Assembly (NCBI GenBank): GCA_964646435.1
Contig: CAZYEJ010000003.1
Location: 20,210 to 79,219 of the forward strand
DNA: 59,010 bases
Direction of reading: 5' to 3'
DNA from: an uncultured Thermodesulfobacteriaceae bacterium
GTDB taxonomy: Bacteria; Desulfobacterota; Dissulfuribacteria; Dissulfuribacterales; UBA3076
Shown: in pieces, positions 1-9,062 of the stretch
Layout: each line of letters opens with the position of its first letter
How positions within the stretch are numbered: position 1 is the first letter of the stretch
Notes under the pieces: model-generated
Told to the model about the DNA's origin: nothing
Seen by the model: the letters and a program-made list of their open reading frames with translations, nothing else
Database searches by the model: none
Program-made: the position numbers and the translations under genes

Positions 1-1774
1 AGGTATGAACTACCGTGTATCCACCTGTAGTGTCCGCACTGAAATCATCGGAAAAGGTGGTATCGCCTGAAGGGACCGTGGGTATAGCGACAGCCGTATT
101 TGCATTGCCGTCTTCGTTGGCTGACTGGTCTTCTACTCTTACACCGAAGGTATATTCTATGTCATTCTGGAGTCCTGTGATGGTGTATGCGTTGGAGTAG
201 ACTGCTCCCAAGCTAGGGGAGACGTCCGGTATGGCCGTATTGTTGTTCCAGTCCAGGCCGTCCCACGAGGAAGTAGGCGCATAGTATACGTTGTATTTTA
301 CATTCGTTCCGTCAATATTATCGGTCGCCGTTCCAAACTCCACGGTTACAGAACCGCCTGTTGTGTCATCTGAAGCGGAACAAATTCCAACCGTGCTGTC
401 CCAAACAGGTGGGGTGGTATCGGCTGGAGGGGCCGCAGGTATGGCGACAGCCGTATTTGCATTGCCGTCTTCGTTGGCTGACTGGTCTTCTACTCTTACA
501 CCGAAGGTATATTCTATGTCATTCTGGAGTCCTGTGATGGTGTATGCGTTGGAGTAGACTGCTCCCAAGCTAGGGGAGACGTCCGGTATGGCCGTATTGT
601 TGTTCCAGTCCAGGCCGTCCCACGAGGAAGTAGGCGCATAGTATACGTTGTATTTTACATTCGTTCCGTCAATATTATCGGTCGCCGTTCCAAACTCCAC
701 GGTTACAGAACCGCCTGTTGTGTCATCTGAAGCGGAACAAATTCCAACCGTGCTGTCCCAAACAGGTGGGGTGGTATCGGCTGGAGGGGCCGCAGGTATG
801 GCGACAGCCGTATTTGCATTGCCGTCTTCGTTGGCTGACTGGTCTTCTACTCTTACACCGAAGGTATATTCTATGTCATTCTGGAGTCCTGTGATGGTGT
901 ATGCGTTGGAGTAGACTGCTCCCAAGCTAGGGGAGACGTCCGGTATGGCCGTATTGTTGTTCCAGTCCAGGCCGTCCCACGAGGAAGTAGGCGCATAGTA
1001 TACGTTGTATTTTACATTCGTTCCGTCAATATTATCGGTCGCCGTTCCGAACTCCACGGTTACAGAACCGCCTGTTGTGTCATCTGAAGCGGAACAGATT
1101 CCAACCGTGCTGTCCCAAACAGGTGGGGTGGTATCGGTTGTGTCTGTATAGAGGATATTGTCGAAATAGGCATCCTGTTGAGTCAGTTCGATTTCAAAAC
1201 TGCTGACCGTAATGGTGCTGCTGTCAGTATTTAGCACCAACTGTTCGCCGAAGGCGCTCACTGTGGTCTGGCTCGGGCTGAAATTGATTACAATGCTGTA
1301 ATCGTTATTCTGAACAAATTCAAATTCAAAAACTGTTGTATCGACTGCAATGCCGGACACATATTTTGTAACCTCCTTTGGTCCGTATCCGTCAGAATTC
1401 TTTACCTGGTAATAGTTGTCCTGATCCTGCACCAGGCGAATCTTGATTATTCCCCCACCAGGATATTTGACTGTTGGCAGAAAATCGATGCTGAATTTTC
1501 CGCTGGTTAATGCAGACAGGTTTCTGGAAAATTGTAATGATATGTCATTACCAGTAAGAACATGTAGCCTTTGACCTGCAACATCATAAAGGAATTCTCC
1601 GATGCCACCGCTCGTCCAGGTATGAACTACCGTGTATCCACCTGTAGTGTCCGCACTGAAATCATCGGAAAAAGAAATCGCTTGGGCAACGGTTGCCGAA
1701 TACAGAAAAAGGGGACAACAATAGACCAGGACTAATATTTTCCGAAAAAATACCGTTATAGATGAGGCTCCCAT
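1..1774 (-). CDS. Secreted repetitive surface protein, N-terminal part only (3' end lies beyond the left edge): signal peptide, beta-sandwich-like domain, tandem Fn3-like 119-aa repeats
   Basis: Absent from the ORF track because no stop lies inside the window. Manual translation of the minus strand from ATG 1774-1772 stays open to position 1: MGASSITVFFRKILVLVYCCPLFLYSATVAQA ISFSDDFSADTTGGYTVVHTWTSGG... followed by repeated units TTPPVWDSTVGICSASDDTTGGSVTVEFGTATDNIDGTNVKYNVYYAP...YTFGVRVEDQSANEDGNANTAVA. Domain names are by resemblance only. Confidence 0.75.
   Translation of the reverse strand, partial: MGASSITVFFRKILVLVYCCPLFLYSATVAQAISFSDDFSADTTGGYTVVHTWTSGGIGEFLYDVAGQRLHVLTGNDISLQFSRNLSALTSGKFSIDFLPTVKYPGGGIIKIRLVQDQDNYYQVKNSDGYGPKEVTKYVSGIAVDTTVFEFEFVQNNDYSIVINFSPSQTTVSAFGEQLVLNTDSSTITVSSFEIELTQQDAYFDNILYTDTTDTTPPVWDSTVGICSASDDTTGGSVTVEFGTATDNIDGTNVKYNVYYAPTSSWDGLDWNNNTAIPDVSPSLGAVYSNAYTITGLQNDIEYTFGVRVEDQSANEDGNANTAVAIPAAPPADTTPPVWDSTVGICSASDDTTGGSVTVEFGTATDNIDGTNVKYNVYYAPTSSWDGLDWNNNTAIPDVSPSLGAVYSNAYTITGLQNDIEYTFGVRVEDQSANEDGNANTAVAIPAAPPADTTPPVWDSTVGICSASDDTTGGSVTVEFGTATDNIDGTNVKYNVYYAPTSSWDGLDWNNNTAIPDVSPSLGAVYSNAYTITGLQNDIEYTFGVRVEDQSANEDGNANTAVAIPTVPSGDTTFSDDFSADTTGGYTVVHT
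56..1137. repeat. In-frame tandem repeat, 357-bp unit, about 3.0 copies
   Basis: Units 201-557 and 558-914 read identical by eye. 915-1137 differs at two positions (ccgaactcc, acagatt). 56-200 is a diverged partial unit. The period is confirmed by ORF-track offsets 291 to 648 and 557 to 914. Confidence 0.95.
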
Positions 1775-1844
1775 CCTTAATAATGCTCCCGTACTAGCCC
1801 ACCCCAATGGTTCCGATACATAACAAAATCGCATTTAAAATTAA

Positions 1845-1873
1845 ATTATAAATACTTATGATTTAGATAGCAA
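1845..1873 (-). promoter_or_regulatory. Candidate sigma70 promoter for the surface-protein gene
   Basis: Minus strand reads TTGCTA (1873-1868), 17-nt spacer, TATAAT (1850-1845), about 70 nt upstream of the ATG at 1774. Confidence 0.35.
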
Positions 1874-2065
1874 GATCTATACCGGCTAAATTGTAAAAAA
1901 GATACGGAGTTCAAAAACATCCAACTAGGAAAAACTAGGCCAACAGCAGATAGAGGAAAAGTTTTACCACTGAGTGGAAAAATTTTATCTAATTGATGTA
2001 AACTCTAAGTTCCTGGTTGACAGAGGATTTTGAGTGAGATTCCAGAGAGATGAGCGAGTAATTTC

Positions 2066-3376
2066 TTAGAGGTCTTCGCTGTTCACTATTCGTTGGGCTG
2101 CGTTTTCTCCGCTCAAAAATGATTCGTCAGTCCACAAATAACCCCACTCTCCATACCGTCCGCAATACGCTATGCCAATGTCATCGAGATAACCGTGTAC
2201 TGTAGACAAAGCGTCAGCTCGTTCCAAGTCGAAGATAACGTTTGCATAAGGAATGATTCGTGCATCACGATAAAGAATTTCATCGTCCTCTCTGACCACT
2301 CCGCAACGTATTAAATCCGAGATGACAGGCGCGATGCATTCTTGAGGCTCCCTGTCCAACGGTTTATATTTGTTGGAATAATAGACTTCGGCCTGAATAG
2401 TGCCTGTACCGCGGGGAGAATTGTTTGGGGATAACATGTGGGGATAGCTCAATCTAGTGAAAAAGAAATCATCTTCATAGAAATATGTCCATTGGGTTTC
2501 AGAGATATCGTCCCTGTTAATCCCGATATTAACCACTACACATGTGGTGCAGGCTAATTTTTGAGCCGCGTCTACAACATCGGCGGTCACCCCCTCAATC
2601 ATGGAAATCAATTCAGGCAGCGGAATGGAAGAAATGAGCTTATCATATGTCATTTCAGTGCCGTTTGCGAAATAAAGCTTTCGGCTCCCGGGATCCAGAT
2701 TTACCAGTTCAAATCCCATCTTAAGATCAGTCTGTCTTAAAAACCTATTAAAGAAAGACCCGAATCCGCCGTGAGTGGGATATCGAAAGTGACTTACATA
2801 GTGAACATCAGTAGTTTGAGGAGAGAGTGCTCCACTAAGAACCTCTTCCAGGCCCGGCCTGTACATCCTTGGCCCTATCCAATCAGTGCTCATATTGTCG
2901 GCTGTGGTGGTATGAAACTTTTTGGTATATTGCATGGGAAAAGTCTCGGCGAGAGTTTTTCCATAGCTGGCAATAAGCCAGTCGGAATAGTTCTTGTTTT
3001 CCCCGCAATCATGATTGTTCGCGTACACAAAATCACTTATGGCTTTAACTACCAAATCAACCGGTAAACCGTATAAGTTGCATTGAACCGGATGTTTTAT
3101 CAGGTGCCCTTGCCAGTAATTATTCACACCGGCCTGTATAGTTTCAAATTCGAAGTCTACGCTTTCGGCGAACAGATCTTGAATCCGCTTGACCTTGGTA
3201 AAAGAGATGTGTGGTCCGACATCAAATATGAAGGCATCTGTACTCCTGAAGGAAGCTGCGTTACCGCCATAATACCTGTTCCGCTCGAACATGACGGATT
3301 TGACACCTAGTTCGTGTAATCGATGCGCTGCCCCGAACCCAGCCATTCCTGCACCTAATATGACAACTTCTTGCAT
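2066..3376 (-). CDS. FAD/NAD(P)-binding oxidoreductase (amine-oxidase / UDP-galactopyranose-mutase-like fold)
   Basis: 436-aa ORF with an N-terminal dinucleotide-binding motif VVILGAGMAGFGAA...ERNRYYGG. It is the last gene of the sugar operon. Exact activity is not assignable. Confidence 0.65.
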   Translation of the reverse strand: MQEVVILGAGMAGFGAAHRLHELGVKSVMFERNRYYGGNAASFRSTDAFIFDVGPHISFTKVKRIQDLFAESVDFEFETIQAGVNNYWQGHLIKHPVQCNLYGLPVDLVVKAISDFVYANNHDCGENKNYSDWLIASYGKTLAETFPMQYTKKFHTTTADNMSTDWIGPRMYRPGLEEVLSGALSPQTTDVHYVSHFRYPTHGGFGSFFNRFLRQTDLKMGFELVNLDPGSRKLYFANGTEMTYDKLISSIPLPELISMIEGVTADVVDAAQKLACTTCVVVNIGINRDDISETQWTYFYEDDFFFTRLSYPHMLSPNNSPRGTGTIQAEVYYSNKYKPLDREPQECIAPVISDLIRCGVVREDDEILYRDARIIPYANVIFDLERADALSTVHGYLDDIGIAYCGRYGEWGYLWTDESFLSGENAAQRIVNSEDL

Positions 3377-3391
3377 ATCGACGTGTTCCTT

Positions 3392-4303
3392 CTATGCCAT
3401 ACGTAATTCACGTTTCCACCAGGCAATGGTCTCCTCTAATCCGTTATCTAATGTGAACTTAGGGAACCATCTAACTTCATCTGATAAACGCCTTACGTCA
3501 GCTACCAGCAGGTTAGGTTCAGCTTCTGGTGTTGAAATAGCACCAAATTGAATTAAATCTCTTCCCGATAATTGGTCTGCAATCCTGTAAACCATGTCTC
3601 TAAGCGAAACAGGCCTGCCCGAGGCAATATTCACAGGTCCCTGAACGCTGCTTTCAAGAAGTGAAACGAAGGCGTCCGCCACATCCTTAACGTAAAGATA
3701 ATCCCGTATTTGTCTGCCGTGTGAGCAACGGGCCGGTTCATTTAGTAACAGCGATCGGATCACTGAGGGGACAAGCCGCTTTGGATGTTCATGTGGGCCA
3801 AATAGATAAAAAATTCGTCCCCAGGCACTGCTCAAGCCTGTATTCTCAGAAAAAGCGGTCACCAATGATTGCAGAGAGTGTTTACAGGAGCCATAAAAAC
3901 TCATTGGAGATAGCGGTGTCTTTTTTTCGGAGAGAAAACCGTATTCCCAGTCATATTCAGCACAACTCCCCGCCCAAACGGCACGCTTCCCAGCACATTG
4001 GGTAAACGCCCTCAGTAATTCGAGGCTGGCCTGCACCCAATGAAAATTTTCTATGGCATTCCAGCATTTTCCGGGTTTGACATACCATGCAAAGTGCAAC
4101 AGGTGAGTCGGCCTTACCGAATTTAATAATTCCGTGACGCTGACAGAATTTAACAAATCAATAGTATGCCAGTTAACATTCAGGTGGTCGCCATGTGTTT
4201 TTCTGGAGCAAGTGGCATGGATTTCATAGCCTCTTTCCAACAATAAGGGCAAACAATGTCTGCCAATGAATCCGGTAGCGCCTGTAATTAAAACTTTCTT
4301 CAT
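3392..4303 (-). CDS. NAD-dependent epimerase/dehydratase-family sugar nucleotide reductase/epimerase
   Basis: MKKVLITGATGFIGRH Rossmann motif and YGSCK catalytic motif. Start moved to M14 of track ORF 3392-4342, because the upstream extension lies inside a long intergenic hairpin. Confidence 0.8.
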   Translation of the reverse strand: MKKVLITGATGFIGRHCLPLLLERGYEIHATCSRKTHGDHLNVNWHTIDLLNSVSVTELLNSVRPTHLLHFAWYVKPGKCWNAIENFHWVQASLELLRAFTQCAGKRAVWAGSCAEYDWEYGFLSEKKTPLSPMSFYGSCKHSLQSLVTAFSENTGLSSAWGRIFYLFGPHEHPKRLVPSVIRSLLLNEPARCSHGRQIRDYLYVKDVADAFVSLLESSVQGPVNIASGRPVSLRDMVYRIADQLSGRDLIQFGAISTPEAEPNLLVADVRRLSDEVRWFPKFTLDNGLEETIAWWKRELRMA

Positions 4304-4328
4304 CAGAGAAACTTGGGAACGGGAGATA

Positions 4329-4456
4329 AATAAGTTGAACAAAAATTAATAGGATTTTTTGTTGTATTCAAGACGCGAGGAGCGAGCATAACGGGTTATG
4401 TGATCGACGAGCAACGAAGAAGACAGCAAAAAAGACATTAATTTGTTCAAGTTATT
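4329..4456. repeat. Long imperfect hairpin (arms about 20-40 bp) between the methyltransferase and epimerase genes
   Basis: aataagttgaacaaaaattaat (4329-4350) pairs with attaatttgttcaagttatt (4437-4456). Inner pairing: ttttttgttgt with acagcaaaaaa. Confidence 0.7.
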
Positions 4457-4477
4457 TATTGTACGTTCCTTATTATA

Positions 4478-5713
4478 TCAGGAATATATCTTAAGGTCGG
4501 GAATAGATACCACGAATTTGCCGCCCCAGTCTCTGATATATGCCATTTGCTCCATGATTTCCTCTTTGAGATTCCATGGCAGGATTAGCAGATAATCAGG
4601 TTTGGTTTGTGTAATCTTGTCGGGATTATGAATTGGGATACGAGTTCCCGGCAAATACAGATTCTGTTTATGAGGGCTTCGATCGACTGTATAATCAATA
4701 AAATCGGTTCTGATTCCGCAATAGTTCAGGAGGGTATTTCCCTTGGCCGGTGCTCCATAACCCACGATGGTTTTACCTTCATGCTTAGCCTGTATCAAAA
4801 AACTCAACAGCTTCCGTTTTGTTTTGTGGACCTTCTGAGAAAAACATTTATAACTGTCCATGTCATTTAAGCCTCTTTGTACTTCGAGGTCCCTTAATTG
4901 ATTGACATGGTTATGTACAGGCATATCCCTATTTTCTTCATGACAGGCAAAAATGCGAAGAGATCCGCCATGTGTCGGGATTTGCTCTACGTCGAACAAC
5001 TTGAGACCATGTTTGGAAAAAACTTTCTCAACAATGAGAAAGGACAGATACGAAAAGTGTTCATGATATATCGTGTCGAACTGGTTTTCCTCCATCAGTA
5101 TGAGCAGATGAGGAAATTCCATTGTAATTATGCCGGCAGGCTTCAGCATTATCTTCATCCCTGCCACAAAATCGTTCAGATCCGGTACATGTGCAAGGAC
5201 GTTGTTCCCGAGCAGCAGATCCGCCCGCTTCCCTTTTTCTGACAAATCCTTGGCTGTTTCGGATCCAAAAAACTTTGTGACAGTCGGGATGCCGGCCCCC
5301 TTAGCTACTTCCGCCACATTTTTAGCCGGCTCAATTCCCAGCACAGGGATGTCTTTTTTCTTGAAGTATTGCAGCAGGTATCCGTCATTGCTGGCTATTT
5401 CTACGACCTGAGAGCCCGAGTCAAATCCGAACCTACCAATCATGAATTCCACATAGGCTCTGGCATGGTTAAGCCAGGTTTCAGAATAAGATGAAAAGTA
5501 GGCATAATCACTGAAAATTTGATCGGGACTCTGGAATTCTGGTATTTGCACCAAATAGCAGTTTTCACAGACATAGACATGTAGCGGATAAAAAGGCTCC
5601 ATCTGATTCAACTCATCATGTTTGAGAAACGAGTTTGAGAGAGGAGACATGCCCAAGTCCACAAAGGAATGCCTTAAAGCTGTTCCACAAAAACGGCATG
5701 TCAAATGCTTCAT
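4478..5713 (-). CDS. NDP-hexose C-methyltransferase (TylCIII-like; Zn-ribbon plus class I SAM MTase plus C-terminal domain)
   Basis: 411 aa. N-terminal CRFCGTAL...CENC zinc-ribbon, SAM motif VVEIASNDGYLL. Length and architecture match sugar C3-methyltransferases. Confidence 0.75.
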   Translation of the reverse strand: MKHLTCRFCGTALRHSFVDLGMSPLSNSFLKHDELNQMEPFYPLHVYVCENCYLVQIPEFQSPDQIFSDYAYFSSYSETWLNHARAYVEFMIGRFGFDSGSQVVEIASNDGYLLQYFKKKDIPVLGIEPAKNVAEVAKGAGIPTVTKFFGSETAKDLSEKGKRADLLLGNNVLAHVPDLNDFVAGMKIMLKPAGIITMEFPHLLILMEENQFDTIYHEHFSYLSFLIVEKVFSKHGLKLFDVEQIPTHGGSLRIFACHEENRDMPVHNHVNQLRDLEVQRGLNDMDSYKCFSQKVHKTKRKLLSFLIQAKHEGKTIVGYGAPAKGNTLLNYCGIRTDFIDYTVDRSPHKQNLYLPGTRIPIHNPDKITQTKPDYLLILPWNLKEEIMEQMAYIRDWGGKFVVSIPDLKIYS

Positions 5714-5717
5714 ATTC

Positions 5718-6797
5718 CTATCCCCTGCTCAACGATTCATAGTGTGCAATCTGATTCTCAGTAACCCGGCGCATATTTTCCCCATGCTGGTAAGCGTGAT
5801 ACCATTCAACAGTCCACTCTAAGGCTGTTTCAATGTCTATTTTGGGAGCCCATCCCAACAGATTTCTGGCTTTCGAACAATCAAGTTTCAAATAGGTGGC
5901 TTCATGTGGCTGAGGTGCGGAATCCAGTTCCCAGCTTGCATCCAGACCCCAAAGATCTTTCAGATGACTTACAATCCAGGAAACAGGTTTTGCTCCTTCT
6001 TCATTAGGACCAAAATTCCAGCCCTGGGCAAATTCCTTTCCTTCCTGGAATAATTTTTCCGCAAGAATTTGGTAGCCGCATAAAGGTTCCAGAACATGCT
6101 GCCATGGCCTGATGGCAGAGGGGTATCGAATCATGATAGGGCGGTGATTCAAAAAGGCCTGAATAATATCAGGGATAAGGCGGTCAGCCCCCCAATCCCC
6201 ACCGCCGATAACATTACCGGCCCTGGTTGTTGCTACCCGGACATCAGGTATTACATCTCCATCTTTTGAGAAAAATGAACTGCGATAAGCGGCCGTTACC
6301 AATTCAGCGCAGCCTTTGCTGCAGGAATACGGATCTTGGCCACCCATTGGTTCGTTTTCGCGGTATCCCCAATACCATTCTTTATTTTCATAGCATTTGT
6401 CACTGGTAATATTGACCACTACACGCACACTGTCAGATAAACGGACTGCCTCTAAAACATTTACCGTACCCATGATATTGGTGGTAAATGTTTCGATAGG
6501 GGCTTCATAAGAGCGGCGCACCAATGCCTGTGCAGCCATATGAAAGATAATTTCCGGTTGGCATTCAATAAATGCGGCATGCAACTTTTCCAAATTGCGT
6601 ATATCTACATAATATTCTGAATTTATTCCATCACGCACATGGGCAATTTCGAAAAGATTCGGCTTGGAGGGCGGATCTAAGGAAAGTCCTGTAACATTAG
6701 CGCCTTTGCTTTGTAGCCAGATGGAAAGCCAACTGCCCTTAAAGCCCGTGTGCCCTGTGATAAGAACTCTCTTGTTTTTCCAAAAATCGCCAGCCAT
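5718..6797 (-). CDS. rfbG: CDP-glucose 4,6-dehydratase
   Basis: WKNKRVLITGHTGFKGSWLSIWL and PYSCSKGCAEL (YxxxK). Start set to M52 of the track ORF. That ATG (6797-6795) overlaps the rfbF stop as TGATG. Confidence 0.85.
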   Translation of the reverse strand: MAGDFWKNKRVLITGHTGFKGSWLSIWLQSKGANVTGLSLDPPSKPNLFEIAHVRDGINSEYYVDIRNLEKLHAAFIECQPEIIFHMAAQALVRRSYEAPIETFTTNIMGTVNVLEAVRLSDSVRVVVNITSDKCYENKEWYWGYRENEPMGGQDPYSCSKGCAELVTAAYRSSFFSKDGDVIPDVRVATTRAGNVIGGGDWGADRLIPDIIQAFLNHRPIMIRYPSAIRPWQHVLEPLCGYQILAEKLFQEGKEFAQGWNFGPNEEGAKPVSWIVSHLKDLWGLDASWELDSAPQPHEATYLKLDCSKARNLLGWAPKIDIETALEWTVEWYHAYQHGENMRRVTENQIAHYESLSRG

Positions 6798-7567
6798 CAC
6801 CAAATTTTCCAAGGAGCGTTTCCTGATACCCATAATTTTTCCAAATAGTTCTTGTCCCTGAGCGTGTCCATTGGATACCAGAAACCCTTGTGGGGGAAAG
6901 CTGAAAGCTGGTCGTCCCTGACGAGACCTTTCATTGGCTCGTGTTCCCACATAACATCATCGCCATTAATGTAATCCAAGACCTTTGGAGACAGCACAAA
7001 AAAGCCGCCATTAATCCACCCGCCATCGCCTTCCGGTTTTTCTTCAAAGGCCCTGACGTTCCATCCCTCATTAAAGGACAACACCCCGTATCTTGTCGGC
7101 GGTAAAACGGCTGTTACAGTAGCCAGTTTATTGCGCTCCCTGTGAAAGGCTATCAGGTCAGAGAGGTTTACATTGCTGACTCCATCACCATATGTAAAAC
7201 AAAAATCTTCATCACCCAAAAATGAATGAATCCTTTTTAGCCGCCCTCCTGTTCCGACATTGTAACCTGTGTCAATTAATGTAACCTTCCAGGGTTCCGA
7301 ATTGCATTGTTGCGTTTCCATTGTGTTTTTCGACATATCAAAGGTTATGTCTGATGTGTGCAAGTAGTAATTAGCAAAATATTCTTTAATAATATATCCC
7401 TTATAGCCACAGCAAATAATGAACTCATTAAGGCCATGAGCAGAATATATCTTCATGATATGCCAAAGAATCGGCTTGCCGCCGATTTCTACCATAGGTT
7501 TTGGTTTTATTTGGGTTTCTTCTGAAAGCCTAGTACCATAACCTCCTGCCAATATAACGACCTTCAT
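6797..7567 (-). CDS. rfbF: Glucose-1-phosphate cytidylyltransferase
   Basis: MKVVILAGGYGTRLSEETQIKPKPMVEIGGKPILWHIM is the canonical RfbF N-terminus. 256 aa. Confidence 0.9.
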   Translation of the reverse strand: MKVVILAGGYGTRLSEETQIKPKPMVEIGGKPILWHIMKIYSAHGLNEFIICCGYKGYIIKEYFANYYLHTSDITFDMSKNTMETQQCNSEPWKVTLIDTGYNVGTGGRLKRIHSFLGDEDFCFTYGDGVSNVNLSDLIAFHRERNKLATVTAVLPPTRYGVLSFNEGWNVRAFEEKPEGDGGWINGGFFVLSPKVLDYINGDDVMWEHEPMKGLVRDDQLSAFPHKGFWYPMDTLRDKNYLEKLWVSGNAPWKIW

Positions 7568-7586
7568 TTAAAAACCTCCGGATCTG

Positions 7587-8948
7587 TCAAATAGAAGAAA
7601 AAACCTTTAATAACGACTCGTCCAATAGACTCCAAATTGACTCACCCATAAACACCATTGCCGCAATCAGTAAAATACATCCCGCGCATATCATCCAGAA
7701 AATGGCGTTGTTGCGCACTCTCAAATGCCATGGCACATGTTCTTCAAGAGCTTCTTCTTTCTGAATCTCAGATGGGCCTGTATCTATATTATTCCCTTCG
7801 CATGTATCTGACAATTCCGCAGTCAATTGCTCAATGCGCTGTAAAAAGCCCTCCCGTTCCCCGGTCATTTGCTTGATCACAGCACGCTGTTCTTCAAGCA
7901 AGTTAACAAGGTGTTCCTCACTGGAACCCACCTCAGGGGACTTATGGACATCACCGCTTAACAGACGTTCATTTACTAGTCTGCTCAAGGTCAACAGACT
8001 GCTCTGTAAATCTCGAACCTGTGACTCCAGAACCCTCAACCCCTCGACATCCAGCGATTCGCCTGCAGCGGTGATGGCAGAAACATTCTCCTCAAATTCA
8101 GGTGCTGGAATCGTGGCAGTTGATAATGCTGAAAAACCGCTCTCTTCCTGGCTTTTGACAGCCTCTTCCACCATGGCTCCTGTAATGACGCTTACTTCGT
8201 CAGCATAGGCGTAAACCAGACACGCGTCACATAACAGGTTAATCAGACGGGGAGTACCCTGGGTATGCCGGAAAATAACCTCCATGGCATCTTCGGTAAA
8301 GATGTTCCGGGTATTTGCTTCTCCTAACGCAACCTCAAGGCGGTGCTGAATATAGAGTTTTGTTTCTTTTTCTGCTAAAGGAGCCAGATGATAGTGGACG
8401 GCAATGCGTTGGGCCAACTGTACCATACGGGGGTGAGACAATTTATGGCGCAATTCGGGTTGTCCCACCAGGACGATCTGCAATAAATAATCCTTCGCGG
8501 TCTGCAGATTTGATAAGAGCCTGATCTCTTCCAGAGTTTCAATGCTCAGGTTCTGGGCCTCATCCACTATCAAGACCACTCTGTAGTCCTGGGCATAATG
8601 ATCGATCAGGAAAGTGTTCAGACGGTCCAACTTTTCGGTCCGGCCAAGTCCCGCCGGGTCTTGGTCAAATTCCTGAAGCACGAGACTCAGAAACTCCTCC
8701 GGTCCCACTGTAGAATTAAAAATCGAGGCCACTTCTGTCTGATTATCAAGGCGTTGAAGCAATGCCTTGATAAGGGTCGTCTTTCCCGTGCCGATCTCGC
8801 CACTGATAACAATAAACCCCGCTCTATGGAGAAGACCGTATTCGAGGTGAACCAGGGCCAGACGGTGCTGGCGACTCATATAAAGATATGCCGGATCGGG
8901 AAGAATTGTGAAGGGCTTCTCGCGAAACCCAAAAAAGGCTTCATACAT
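7587..8948 (-). CDS. ExeA/GspA-like AAA ATPase of the type associated with PEP-CTERM exopolysaccharide loci, C-terminal TM anchor
   Basis: Walker A SGEIGTGKTTL, Walker B LIVDEAQNL, C-terminal TM IFWMICAGCILLIAAMVFMG. Positioned after the chain-length and kinase genes. Confidence 0.7.
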   Translation of the reverse strand: MYEAFFGFREKPFTILPDPAYLYMSRQHRLALVHLEYGLLHRAGFIVISGEIGTGKTTLIKALLQRLDNQTEVASIFNSTVGPEEFLSLVLQEFDQDPAGLGRTEKLDRLNTFLIDHYAQDYRVVLIVDEAQNLSIETLEEIRLLSNLQTAKDYLLQIVLVGQPELRHKLSHPRMVQLAQRIAVHYHLAPLAEKETKLYIQHRLEVALGEANTRNIFTEDAMEVIFRHTQGTPRLINLLCDACLVYAYADEVSVITGAMVEEAVKSQEESGFSALSTATIPAPEFEENVSAITAAGESLDVEGLRVLESQVRDLQSSLLTLSRLVNERLLSGDVHKSPEVGSSEEHLVNLLEEQRAVIKQMTGEREGFLQRIEQLTAELSDTCEGNNIDTGPSEIQKEEALEEHVPWHLRVRNNAIFWMICAGCILLIAAMVFMGESIWSLLDESLLKVFSSI

Positions 8949-8967
8949 GGTAAGTGCTTAGGTGTTT

Positions 8968-9058
8968 AGGCTGAAGGTGGAAGGTGGAAGCATATCAATT
9001 ATCTCGCAACGCTCGAATTAAACCATTCAAGACCTTCTCCACCTTCAGCCTTCAGCCT
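8968..9058. repeat. Stuttered-arm hairpin in the kinase-ATPase intergenic gap
   Basis: aggctgaaggtggaaggtggaag (8968-8990), 43-nt loop, ccttctccaccttcagccttcagcct (9034-9058). The loop contains atctcgcaacgctcgaa, also seen reverse-complemented in the 13.6-kb hairpin. Confidence 0.8.
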
Positions 9059-9062
9059 GTTC

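Noticed and set aside
15-914. Plus-strand ORFs 15-200, 291-557 and 648-914 (identical 88-aa products)
   Set aside because: They are antisense reading frames of the 357-bp tandem repeat. The minus strand carries a continuous ORF with a signal peptide and Fn3-like units, which explains the region better.
5718-6950. N-terminal extensions of several track ORFs (rfbG to 6950, epimerase to 4342, panD to 30697, VKOR-like to 32588, antitoxin to 52699, M48 to 14979, argJ to 45035)
   Set aside because: Homology starts at internal Met codons that have an RBS or stop-start overlap with the upstream gene. The extensions run through neighbouring genes or hairpin repeats.
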